From a virus, in IMG/VR virus record IMGVR_UViG_3300020473_000015: 64,000 nucleotides of DNA; one strand, given 5' to 3'. Each line of letters starts with the position of its first letter. Within the stretch, counting starts at the first letter, position 1. Under the pieces are notes generated by a model, which saw nothing but the letters and a program-made list of their open reading frames with translations, was not told where the DNA came from and ran no database searches. A program made the position numbers and the translations under genes. Positions 54,657-63,137 of the stretch are shown piece by piece.

Positions 54657-55294
54657 GATTACTATTTGAAAATTGGCGAAAATTCTTATTAACAGAAAAG
54701 CTAATGCTTAAGCCTGGGCCTGATGGGTGGGACAAGTATAAAGAATTAGTAGCAAAAGCTTATGATGAGGCTCCTATATTTGATGAGGGCGCCGTAGGCG
54801 CATTTGAAGCAATAGAGCCATTTGTGCATAAAATGTTTGATCGTATAATTGGTTTTGGAATTGATATTGATTTTGTTGATGATAATCCTTATGAGAGTTC
54901 CGAAGAGATGTGTAGAGATGTGTCTGAAAACAAGATATTAAGAATATGGAAAGGAGGCACAGATCATCAAATATTTGACGCGAAAACAAATTTAAAATTA
55001 CGGGCTGTGCATGATTATATGACACATTGTCAGGGTGGAACTAGTTTTGACCTGCAGGGCGAAATTGCCTCTTATAATCGGCATATGAAGACCGTTCCTC
55101 CTTCAGCAGCAGGAGCTTTATTTACAGAAGTTGTAGGTCAGGCAGCATTTTTCCTTGATAGAGGATATTTCCCTCCACAAAAAATAGCTATTTTACCGGG
55201 GTTTGATTTTTTCAACGTTGGTGAAGTAGATCCAGAAATTACAGGATATAAATTAGATGCAGAAAGGAAGGAACTAGTTAAAGTAGGAGAATAA
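54653..55294 (+). CDS. type-B leader conserved phage protein
   Basis: MRLLFENWRKFLLTE; RAVHDYMTH..GE..FTEVVGQ. Confidence 0.8.
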   Translation: MRLLFENWRKFLLTEKLMLKPGPDGWDKYKELVAKAYDEAPIFDEGAVGAFEAIEPFVHKMFDRIIGFGIDIDFVDDNPYESSEEMCRDVSENKILRIWKGGTDHQIFDAKTNLKLRAVHDYMTHCQGGTSFDLQGEIASYNRHMKTVPPSAAGALFTEVVGQAAFFLDRGYFPPQKIAILPGFDFFNVGEVDPEITGYKLDAERKELVKVGE

Positions 55295-55299
55295 GAATA

Positions 55300-55509
55300 G
55301 TGAAACATCTTGAGGAAAACAATGAAACGTATATAAGCCACTTTTTGTTTGCTGGAAAGATTGGAATTACTTTAATGTTTCGTGGTGCTATTTTTTTATT
55401 GCATGCTGTTTTTCCAATATGCAAAATTCCTGCGCGGTTTAATCTTGAAAATACTGTCGACAAACTATATGATTGGTATGTACACACAATAAAGAGGAAA
55501 AGAAAATGA
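55300..55509 (+). CDS. small membrane-associated protein
   Basis: HLEENNETYISH..LLHAVFP. Confidence 0.6.
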   Translation: MKHLEENNETYISHFLFAGKIGITLMFRGAIFLLHAVFPICKIPARFNLENTVDKLYDWYVHTIKRKRK

Positions 55510-55952
55510 GACGCTTAACTATAATAATGTTAAGTGTGTTTTTTATTGGGTGTGGGCCTCAATATGCAAAAGACCCGAATGCTAATGTATTAGTTACAAT
55601 TCAATACGAAGATGGGCCTGAGAGAATTAGGCTCGACGATGATTGTAAGCCTCAGTTAGATTGTACAGGGAAATCAGAGGCAGAATGTGCTGTTGCACTA
55701 TATCACGATTCTGAGCGTTTTGTGAAGGAAGGTGAAAAATTAATTGCTAAAAAGCTATACTTATCTGCAAGGGTTGAATTTATGCAAGCTCTCACAAGAC
55801 TTTCTGAAGCGGAAATAAGAATTGAAAGAGCTAAGTTAAACAACTATGAAGATTATAAAATTGTTATGCAATTTAAATTAGACCATAAAGTAAAACAAAG
55901 AATCATGTTCTGTGAAAGGTTAATACGTTTTACTCAGTGGCAACAGGGATAA
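55506..55952 (+). CDS. lipoprotein with TPR-like helices
   Basis: FIGC lipobox. Confidence 0.6.
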   Translation: MRRLTIIMLSVFFIGCGPQYAKDPNANVLVTIQYEDGPERIRLDDDCKPQLDCTGKSEAECAVALYHDSERFVKEGEKLIAKKLYLSARVEFMQALTRLSEAEIRIERAKLNNYEDYKIVMQFKLDHKVKQRIMFCERLIRFTQWQQG

Positions 55953-55955
55953 AAA

Positions 55956-56900
55956 ATGAAATTATTATTTGAAAATTGGAGGAAATACTTGAAAGAGGAA
56001 GAAATTCTTTACGAGAGGATTAATTTACTCTCTAGTAATAAAAGATTTGTTAACGATACCTTAGAAGAAATTGCATCAGAAGATCCTAGACGCCAATTTC
56101 CACTTTCAGACGAAGAACTAGAAAAAATAAAAAGTGTTGCGGGCCTTGATGGAGATCCAGATTTTTTAGGATCCGGCTCAAGAGGATCTGCATGGCAATT
56201 TGGTGATAAGGTTTTAAAAATCACAGCGGACAGTTCTGAAGCGCGTGCTGCTAATTTATTAATTGACAAAGAGCATCCAAATGTATATAAAATATTTTTA
56301 GTTGTGCAAAGAGACCCAAAGCACCTTGAAACGTTAAGGCATGCGCCATATATTGTTGTTTATGAATTATTAGATTATCCAAACAACGCCATGGTAGATA
56401 CTACAAATAATTTATATCACAAGCTTAAAACAAATAATATTTTTTATAATTGGGATGAAAATTATTTAGAGAAAGCAAAAGGTTCGATGAGTGCTTTGTT
56501 GCAATATATTAACAAACATCCAGAATCTTTAGAACGCGAAGAGAAAAAAGGATCCGACATAAGACCTACTCTTGAAAATTTAGCTGCTCAGATTGGATTA
56601 GATAAACTTGAGACAAAATTATTAATCACTTTGTGGATTTTTAGCCGCGGTGCATACAACGATACTTTAGATAGCCCACTTAAAGCGTTGGAACATGTAA
56701 GAGAAATATTTGGAAGCGTTAAAACTAATTATTTAAACCAATTAGCTTTAGGTTTGACCTGGTTAAATAAGAATGGTATTAAATTTCCTGATTTAAAAAC
56801 TTCCAATGTAATGGAAAAAGATGGTCAAATAGCTATCATTGACATTGGTTATTCACAGGTAAGAGAGAAGAAAAATATTCCAACGATTGGGGAACTATAA
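55956..56900 (+). CDS. type-B leader + protein-kinase-like fold
   Basis: LGSGSRGSAW, VLKIT, helix-C Glu, FPDLKTSNVM, IIDIG. Confidence 0.8.
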   Translation: MKLLFENWRKYLKEEEILYERINLLSSNKRFVNDTLEEIASEDPRRQFPLSDEELEKIKSVAGLDGDPDFLGSGSRGSAWQFGDKVLKITADSSEARAANLLIDKEHPNVYKIFLVVQRDPKHLETLRHAPYIVVYELLDYPNNAMVDTTNNLYHKLKTNNIFYNWDENYLEKAKGSMSALLQYINKHPESLEREEKKGSDIRPTLENLAAQIGLDKLETKLLITLWIFSRGAYNDTLDSPLKALEHVREIFGSVKTNYLNQLALGLTWLNKNGIKFPDLKTSNVMEKDGQIAIIDIGYSQVREKKNIPTIGEL

Positions 56901-57449
56901 ATGAAATTATTATTTGAAAATTGGCGACAGTATTTAACTGAAAATCAAGAAGAGAACAAGGCAACAAAATTTCCAGCAATTGTCACCTTCGATTTTGATG
57001 ACACTTTGTCATTATCTCACTGGGGTGAAGAAGAAGATGATTGGGTCTACGACGGGCCTCATCAAGAAATGATGGATATACTAATGGATTATCACAGGAA
57101 AGGCTCTAAAATATTTATTGTTACCTCAAGACACAAAGAACTTCAAGACGAGGAGGGGAAATGGTTTAAACATCTTCCAAACACCAATCCCCCTAGAAAG
57201 TACTTTGAAGAATTCCAAATGCCAGTTTGGAAATTTGTTAAAAAACATGGATTGCCAATTCAAGATGTCATATTTACTAACGGAGAGGTAAAAGCAAAAG
57301 CTGAAGATGGCTTAATTGAAATAGGTTCGGATGTACATCATGATGATGATCCAGAGGAAATAAGAGCAGCTGAAGAGGCTGGAATTAAAGCTATTGTCTC
57401 CGATCCATATGGAGATTATAAAAGACTTGAAAAGGGTTTTGTAAAATGA
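56901..57449 (+). CDS. type-B leader + HAD-superfamily phosphatase
   Basis: FDFDDTL, IVTSR, K, HHDDD. Confidence 0.8.
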   Translation: MKLLFENWRQYLTENQEENKATKFPAIVTFDFDDTLSLSHWGEEEDDWVYDGPHQEMMDILMDYHRKGSKIFIVTSRHKELQDEEGKWFKHLPNTNPPRKYFEEFQMPVWKFVKKHGLPIQDVIFTNGEVKAKAEDGLIEIGSDVHHDDDPEEIRAAEEAGIKAIVSDPYGDYKRLEKGFVK

Positions 57450-58249
57450 AATGGAAAGATTATTTAGAGGAAAATATTGATCCGGATGACGTAGATATTA
57501 AAAATGTCGCGGTCAAAGATAATTTAGATCCTGTAATATGGGATGATCGATTAAATTTAAAGAATTATCTTGCGGAACATTTATATAAAATAGCCAAAGA
57601 TTTTTTTAAAACATTGGATTTAGATTGGAACTTAGTTGAAGATGTAACTCTAACTGGATCTCTAGCAAACTACAATTGGTCTAAATATTCTGATGTGGAT
57701 TTACATTTGATCGTTGATTATGCAGAAGTAGATGAAAATGAAAAGCTTGTTAAAGATTTTTTCAGAAACGCTAGCGCAATGTGGAATCGTACTCATAAAA
57801 TAACAGTGAAGGGTCATGATGTGGAATTGTATGTCCAGGACTCAAAAGAGCCACACCATTCAACAGGAGTGTATTCTATAAAGTATGATAGATGGAATAA
57901 CACTCCAACAAAATATGATCCACAAATAGATAAAGAATCATTAAAGAAGAAGTCTGCAAAATGGATGAACGATATTGATGAGGTATATGAACTGCTTGCA
58001 GTAAAAGATTATAAAACCGCAAATGAACAATCTGAGCGTCTTATGAAAAAATTAAAAAAATATAGACAAGGTGGATTAGAAAAAGGTGGAGAGCATTCAA
58101 TTGAAAATTTAGTTTTTAAAGTTCTAAGACGTAATGACTATTTACAGAGACTCTCTAATTTAAGAATTGTATCGTATGATAATATGATGACTGTCAATGG
58201 AGGAATAGGAAGTGAAATTATCAAAATCAGTCTTAATGAAACTAATTAA
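57446..58249 (+). CDS. short leader + Pol-beta superfamily nucleotidyltransferase
   Basis: MKWKDYLEE; TGSLANYNWSKYSDVDLHL, VELYVQD. Confidence 0.8.
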   Translation: MKWKDYLEENIDPDDVDIKNVAVKDNLDPVIWDDRLNLKNYLAEHLYKIAKDFFKTLDLDWNLVEDVTLTGSLANYNWSKYSDVDLHLIVDYAEVDENEKLVKDFFRNASAMWNRTHKITVKGHDVELYVQDSKEPHHSTGVYSIKYDRWNNTPTKYDPQIDKESLKKKSAKWMNDIDEVYELLAVKDYKTANEQSERLMKKLKKYRQGGLEKGGEHSIENLVFKVLRRNDYLQRLSNLRIVSYDNMMTVNGGIGSEIIKISLNETN

Positions 58250-58358
58250 AGAAGAGCTTGCAACTCTTTATGAATGACCTGAAAATCCTTTGGGGTCTCC
58301 AGAGGAAAGTGTTGTTATGATTGCCGAAGATGAAGACGAAGACGAAGAAGAGGTATAA
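58212..58358 (+). pseudogene. type-A leader ORF interrupted by an in-frame TGA at 58275-58277
   Basis: (M)KLSKSVLMKLIKEELATLYE*PENPLGSPEESVVMIAEDEDEDEEEV*. Confidence 0.55.
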
Positions 58359-58360
58359 CT

Positions 58361-58615
58361 ATGTGTTTAGTTTGTATTGAATATGAAAAGGGCAAATTAA
58401 AAATTAATGAGGCCCTCAGAAACATAGAAGAAATGAAAGAAGTTGTTGGTCAAGAACATTATGATGAAACTATGGCATTTCTCACTCAAGAATTGTTAAA
58501 AGAACAATGGAGTGAATATGATTTCGGTCGTGACATCGAAGATAGTCTCTTTGAATATGATTTTCATAGTGGCGATGATGACGACCCATGGGAAGAAACA
58601 GGGTTCGGGGACTAA
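58361..58615 (+). CDS. hypothetical protein
   Basis: MCLVC start, acidic tail. Confidence 0.65.
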   Translation: MCLVCIEYEKGKLKINEALRNIEEMKEVVGQEHYDETMAFLTQELLKEQWSEYDFGRDIEDSLFEYDFHSGDDDDPWEETGFGD

Positions 58616-60720
58616 TGAAGTTTTTTGAAGGTTGGAATCGGTTCTTAAATGAGTCCGAAGATGTAGACGTTTATGCAAAAACCAAACTACAAAAGCCCAA
58701 AGGTCAGGAAATAGAAACTGATGAGTATGATGCGCCCTATGAATATGATGATTCACCCGAAAAATCAGCAGAAACATATTTTGGCAAAAGTCCTGACAAT
58801 CTTCCGTGCGTAAGAGATCTTAGAGATCAATCAAAAGATGTTTTTCCTCCAGATTTTTATAAATGTATGGAGGCTGCAGGCTATACTAAACTTGGAGCAG
58901 GCTCTTTTAGAGCAACTTTCGATGTTCCAGAAAATCCTGAGCTAGTTTTAAAGATTGTCGGCCCTGCAAATAGCTATCCAGAACAAATAAGAAGCAGAGA
59001 GATGAACAAAGAGGAGGCTAAAGCCTCTTATCAAACCGCGTCTGAATTAATTCCTAAAGTTTACAATAGTGCTAAAGATTATTTTTGGATTATATCCGAA
59101 AAAGTGACTCCAATAGAGGATTGGAAGGCGATGCAGGAGTTTTTCCCCATATGGAAAGAGGAGCCTCTTGAAGAATTTCAATATTGGTTCCAAAAATTAA
59201 TTGATTCTAGAACAATACCTAAAATTGCTGCGGAGCGAATAAATAAACGAGCAGAATATACAGTAAGTTATGGCGACGGTGAAGAATTGGTCAACGATCC
59301 TCTCATATTAAACATTCGTGACCTTCTAGCACAATTTGATTTACCTGCATGGGACATTAGACCACATAATGTTGGTTATGCTGTTAGAAATGGTCAAAAA
59401 CAGTTTGTTATATTAGACCCAGGCTTTGAATTGGGGAAAGATGTCGGCACTATTAAAGGCCAAGCTGTGGATCCAGGAAGGGGAATATCAGCTATCTTTG
59501 ACGATGATAAGAAATATGTTAAGACCTGGAGTCCAGAAGCTCGTAAGACCACAGTCGTAAAAGAGAATTTAAATAAAAATTGGCAACTTTTCTTAGAAAA
59601 TGAAGAAAATGAAGAAAATGAAGAAAATGTAAAGGGTCCGGACGACTTTTTCTACGATATTTCGAAATCTCCGAACAAAATCACTATTAATGTGCTTGAT
59701 ATGGATAAAAACCCCGTTGATAGCAAGAAAAAAGACACAAAATCCTTTATTTCAATGGAAAAACGCACAGATGTGCCAAATTGGGAAGTTTCCTGGTCAT
59801 CTTCGCCCGAAAACAGCAAAGAAGTGGGCAAAACCATGTATTTAATGGCTCTAGAGCTAGCTGAAGAGGGATTAGCGCCCGATTCTTACGAAACTAGCCC
59901 AGATGCACTTAAAATTTGGCACATATTCATGAAAAACAATGAATTTGGGGTTGAAAAGCAGTTAAAAGACGGTCATGAGGGTCAAGATGAGTCAGATCCC
60001 TTCAATTTTGTGTTTTTTAAGCCAAAAAGTGGCATTTTAGGCCAATATCAGCACCAAATTAACGAAAAAGAGGCAAAAAGTGACGAAAAAGCGGGTTTTG
60101 ACCCCGAAAAAGAGGAAAAAGTCGAATATTTCGACCCAGAACAGTTTAATTGGGAAGATTTAGACGATATTGACGAACTATATGAGCGCTTAACCAGAGA
60201 TAATGACACAGATATGGTCTCAAAGGTGATTATTGCCGATGATAGCGGCAAAATATTGATTTTAAAGCGCTCAGATAAGGGAAATATGTGGGATTTGCCC
60301 GGAGGACACCTAAAAAAAGGTGAAAATCCGCTTGATGGGGCCCACAGAGAGACAAAAGAAGAGACAAATCTTGATATTTCGGATTTAAGTGCCTTAAATA
60401 CGCATGAAAACGTTCATTTTTTCAAATGTGGAGCACCAAAAGGAGATATATCACTCCAACCAGAGGAGCATACTGACTTTATGTGGGTAAATCCGAAGGA
60501 AATTGACCAATACGACATGAAAAACCACCAAAAAGAAGCTATTTTAGGTGCATTTGAGCCTTTAGAGGAACAAAATGAGCCATATCAGAGGTTTTCTAGG
60601 GGTACATACAAGAAATTTATAACAAAATTGGCCAAACAAGGCCCAAATAAGTATAGTATAGGTGGGAAAATGAAAAAAGCAGCTGCAAAACACCTCAAAA
60701 GTGGCCCACCGGGAGGCTAA
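58615..60720 (+). CDS. type-B leader + kinase-like + GNAT-like + Nudix multidomain protein
   Basis: MKFFEGWNRFLNE; LGAGSFR, LVLKI, DIRPHN, ILDPG; GKTMYLMALE..PD..SPDALKIW; Nudix box GGHLKKGENPLDGAHRETKEETNL. Confidence 0.8.
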   Translation: MKFFEGWNRFLNESEDVDVYAKTKLQKPKGQEIETDEYDAPYEYDDSPEKSAETYFGKSPDNLPCVRDLRDQSKDVFPPDFYKCMEAAGYTKLGAGSFRATFDVPENPELVLKIVGPANSYPEQIRSREMNKEEAKASYQTASELIPKVYNSAKDYFWIISEKVTPIEDWKAMQEFFPIWKEEPLEEFQYWFQKLIDSRTIPKIAAERINKRAEYTVSYGDGEELVNDPLILNIRDLLAQFDLPAWDIRPHNVGYAVRNGQKQFVILDPGFELGKDVGTIKGQAVDPGRGISAIFDDDKKYVKTWSPEARKTTVVKENLNKNWQLFLENEENEENEENVKGPDDFFYDISKSPNKITINVLDMDKNPVDSKKKDTKSFISMEKRTDVPNWEVSWSSSPENSKEVGKTMYLMALELAEEGLAPDSYETSPDALKIWHIFMKNNEFGVEKQLKDGHEGQDESDPFNFVFFKPKSGILGQYQHQINEKEAKSDEKAGFDPEKEEKVEYFDPEQFNWEDLDDIDELYERLTRDNDTDMVSKVIIADDSGKILILKRSDKGNMWDLPGGHLKKGENPLDGAHRETKEETNLDISDLSALNTHENVHFFKCGAPKGDISLQPEEHTDFMWVNPKEIDQYDMKNHQKEAILGAFEPLEEQNEPYQRFSRGTYKKFITKLAKQGPNKYSIGGKMKKAAAKHLKSGPPGG

Positions 60721-60752
60721 ACACTAGTTATTTAGGAGAGGAGAAGCTTAAA

Positions 60753-60956
60753 TTGCCATTTCTAACCGATATTCCCCCAGAATTGATCGATTTTTTGATT
60801 GAAAAAGAGAAAAAAGAGCAAGAAAAGGGCCATGAAATGCCTTTTTTACAGCTTCCAGTGCCATATATGCCCGAAATTGAGGGCCAAAATAGCCAAAAAA
60901 ACCCCCAAAATGACCAAAATGACGATAATCAAGGGGCTATAATTATAGATTTATAG
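60753..60956 (+). CDS. hypothetical protein
   Basis: TTG start after GGAG; PFLQLPVP..IIIDL. Confidence 0.55.
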   Translation: MPFLTDIPPELIDFLIEKEKKEQEKGHEMPFLQLPVPYMPEIEGQNSQKNPQNDQNDDNQGAIIIDL

Positions 60957-60978
60957 TGTGTGTTTTAAGAATTTTAAG

Positions 60979-60988
60979 ACTATTTATG
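60979..60988 (+). promoter_or_regulatory. candidate phage late-promoter motif
   Basis: ACTATTTATG upstream of 61011. Confidence 0.45.
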
Positions 60989-61010
60989 AGGTAAAAAGGA
61001 GACATTTCAT

Positions 61011-62117
61011 ATGCGCGTCACAAAAACTGAACTTAAAAGGCTCATTAAGGAAGAATTAGAAGCAGTTTTAAAAGAAAAGGTGGGCGACGATCTCGACTCA
61101 GATCTGCAGCATGCGGAGCATTGGTATGAGCATTGGAAAAATATACATAATAATACCAGTGATAAAAACGGCCAGATGTGGGATGACTCCAGAATGCAGA
61201 TGCAGCACTATTTGGCACAAATTACAAATATTAAAGCCGCGAAGAAGGCCGCAGCTGCGAAGAAGAAAGCTGCCGCGAAGGAAGCGATGAAGGCTCGTCG
61301 ACAAGATGCTCTATCAACCATGGACACGCCACAAGAGGCAATGGAATATTGGTGTGGGAAAGATTGTCCTCCAGACACTCCAGTGCCGGAAGATTGGAAA
61401 GAGAGGACAAAGGCGGCACTATTGAAACAATTTTCTGGTGGCGACTGGAAAGAGGGCAAAGTTGAGGAGGGGGACATCGAAGTAGACTGGATGCCCGAAC
61501 CTAATGATTGGGTTGGTTCTGGATATAGAGAAGTTGCTAGCGCAGTTAAAAACATTACTGGCTTAAAATCTCTAAAGGGGGGCTGGTGGAGAAAGCCGCT
61601 ACCAGAAGGCAAATGTAATGATCCAGAATTTTGTTATACAGAAGGTCGTAGAGCGGGTAGAATGAAACGCAATCACCCTGTTCGAGTTGCATTCCGAAAA
61701 TATTATAATGCAAGAAAAGGAAAGAAAAGAAAGCCAAAAAAAGAAGGCCCAATGAAATTTTATACAAAAGGTAATCAGGCTTCAGCTGGTGCAATTGAGG
61801 CAATTAAAAAAGGCGAAGAGGCAGTATTGGTGGTTGATGATAACCAAAAAGAAGTGAGTCGAATTAAAGACATTGATGAAGCCATTGGTATAGTAATGGG
61901 AAATATTAATGCTTCTGATGATAAAGGCGACAGAAAGGCGAGTCGAGCGGCTAGAAAAGAACTTAGAAGGCTTAAAGTCACGAAGCGCGCTCTAGCTAAA
62001 AAAGCAAATAAAAAAGCTGGCTTGGGAGATCTCTATAAAAGAGCAGGAAAGAGAAAACGCGTTCCCTCATCACAACTAACCAAAAAACAACAAAATTTAC
62101 AAACCAAGGCTAAATAA
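61011..62117 (+). CDS. type-A leader Lys/Ala-rich protein
   Basis: MRVTKTELKRLIKEELEAVLKE. Confidence 0.8.
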   Translation: MRVTKTELKRLIKEELEAVLKEKVGDDLDSDLQHAEHWYEHWKNIHNNTSDKNGQMWDDSRMQMQHYLAQITNIKAAKKAAAAKKKAAAKEAMKARRQDALSTMDTPQEAMEYWCGKDCPPDTPVPEDWKERTKAALLKQFSGGDWKEGKVEEGDIEVDWMPEPNDWVGSGYREVASAVKNITGLKSLKGGWWRKPLPEGKCNDPEFCYTEGRRAGRMKRNHPVRVAFRKYYNARKGKKRKPKKEGPMKFYTKGNQASAGAIEAIKKGEEAVLVVDDNQKEVSRIKDIDEAIGIVMGNINASDDKGDRKASRAARKELRRLKVTKRALAKKANKKAGLGDLYKRAGKRKRVPSSQLTKKQQNLQTKAK

Positions 62118-62119
62118 CA

Positions 62120-62734
62120 GTGTTTATTACAAAAAATAAACTCCGCACAATTATTCAAGAAGAATTGGAGAATGTTGTTGATGATTTACAAAACATTTGG
62201 AAAATGTTGGGGGCAAAAGACAAGGCTGCGTTTGCTAGTAACGTTAAAAAAGTAAAAAATACAATACAAAGAAAACGCACATCGTCTTCGCGCAACAAGT
62301 GCCCAGAAGGAGAAGAACAAGTAGGTACATTGGAAGGCGGCGAAGTTGTATGTTGGCCTATAGGTTGGGAACCTCCAGAACCAAAAAAATTAACACAAAG
62401 ACAACTTAACATGCCCAGAACGAGTACAAAAAAAAGTAAAACAGTGGCACACAAGCCTGCTCCTGAAGAATTGCCAATAAATATTGATGGGGATGAAGAT
62501 TCAGCGCTTTGGACGGTTTTAACACACAAAGGACAAAACGCATCAAAAGAGGAAAACGCTAGAAATATTCAAATATTTAAAAAAGTATTCGGGGACGGAG
62601 ATTATGATGAAGAAGATATTGCACTTGTTAATAAATTATTAGATTCTCCCGAATTCGCTTGGACAAAAAAAGCTAGATACAACCCAAGAAGAAAGTGGGC
62701 TGTAAAGATGCTGCGGCAGGGTGGAAAAAAATAA
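62120..62734 (+). CDS. type-A leader hypothetical protein
   Basis: (M)FITKNKLRTIIQEELE. Confidence 0.75.
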   Translation: MFITKNKLRTIIQEELENVVDDLQNIWKMLGAKDKAAFASNVKKVKNTIQRKRTSSSRNKCPEGEEQVGTLEGGEVVCWPIGWEPPEPKKLTQRQLNMPRTSTKKSKTVAHKPAPEELPINIDGDEDSALWTVLTHKGQNASKEENARNIQIFKKVFGDGDYDEEDIALVNKLLDSPEFAWTKKARYNPRRKWAVKMLRQGGKK

Positions 62735-62736
62735 AT

Positions 62737-63081
62737 ATGAAGCCAATTCTTGAAAATTTTAGAAAATATCTAAAAGAAATTAAAAATAGGTGGGAATTTG
62801 ATGTCCTAGTGCGCTTAGATAAGGACGCAAACCTTTATGCAGATATTTTTGAGAAAATTCGCGCTATTCCTGGTGTAACAATTGTTAAAACCGAAGAAAA
62901 ACAAAGAAATATTTCTCAAACTCAAAAAGCAGCTGTATTAGAGATTAAATGTATTGTTGGTGATACTGGAATGGGGAACTATGCACTGTTTTTAAAGAAA
63001 CAACTAGCCAAAATAAAAGATGAAGAAGGTGATAGAATTTTAGGCGTACAATTCACTACACCTCCAGAAGATATATCATAA
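62737..63081 (+). CDS. type-B leader + small ferredoxin/ACT-like domain
   Basis: MKPILENFRKYLKE; IFEKIRAIPGVTIV. Confidence 0.7.
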   Translation: MKPILENFRKYLKEIKNRWEFDVLVRLDKDANLYADIFEKIRAIPGVTIVKTEEKQRNISQTQKAAVLEIKCIVGDTGMGNYALFLKKQLAKIKDEEGDRILGVQFTTPPEDIS

Positions 63082-63137
63082 AAATAAAAAACATTTGCTT
63101 TTTATTGTATTCTATTAATAGTTACTTATAGGAGGTA

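Noticed and set aside
59595-59628. GAAAATGAA microsatellite (ENEENEENEEN) as a phase-variation tract
   Set aside because: A 9-nt unit keeps the frame; low-complexity linker.
5-61013. Recurrent CATATG as a regulatory motif
   Set aside because: Occurrences checked often coincide with start codons or AT-rich spacers and are expected by chance at this composition.
1922-62529. Most short minus-strand and alternate-frame ORFs in the track (e.g. 1922-2218, 28516-28947, 33652-34128, 39034-39495, 61208-61612)
   Set aside because: Fully overlap well-supported plus-strand genes, lack SDs and show shadow-frame composition.
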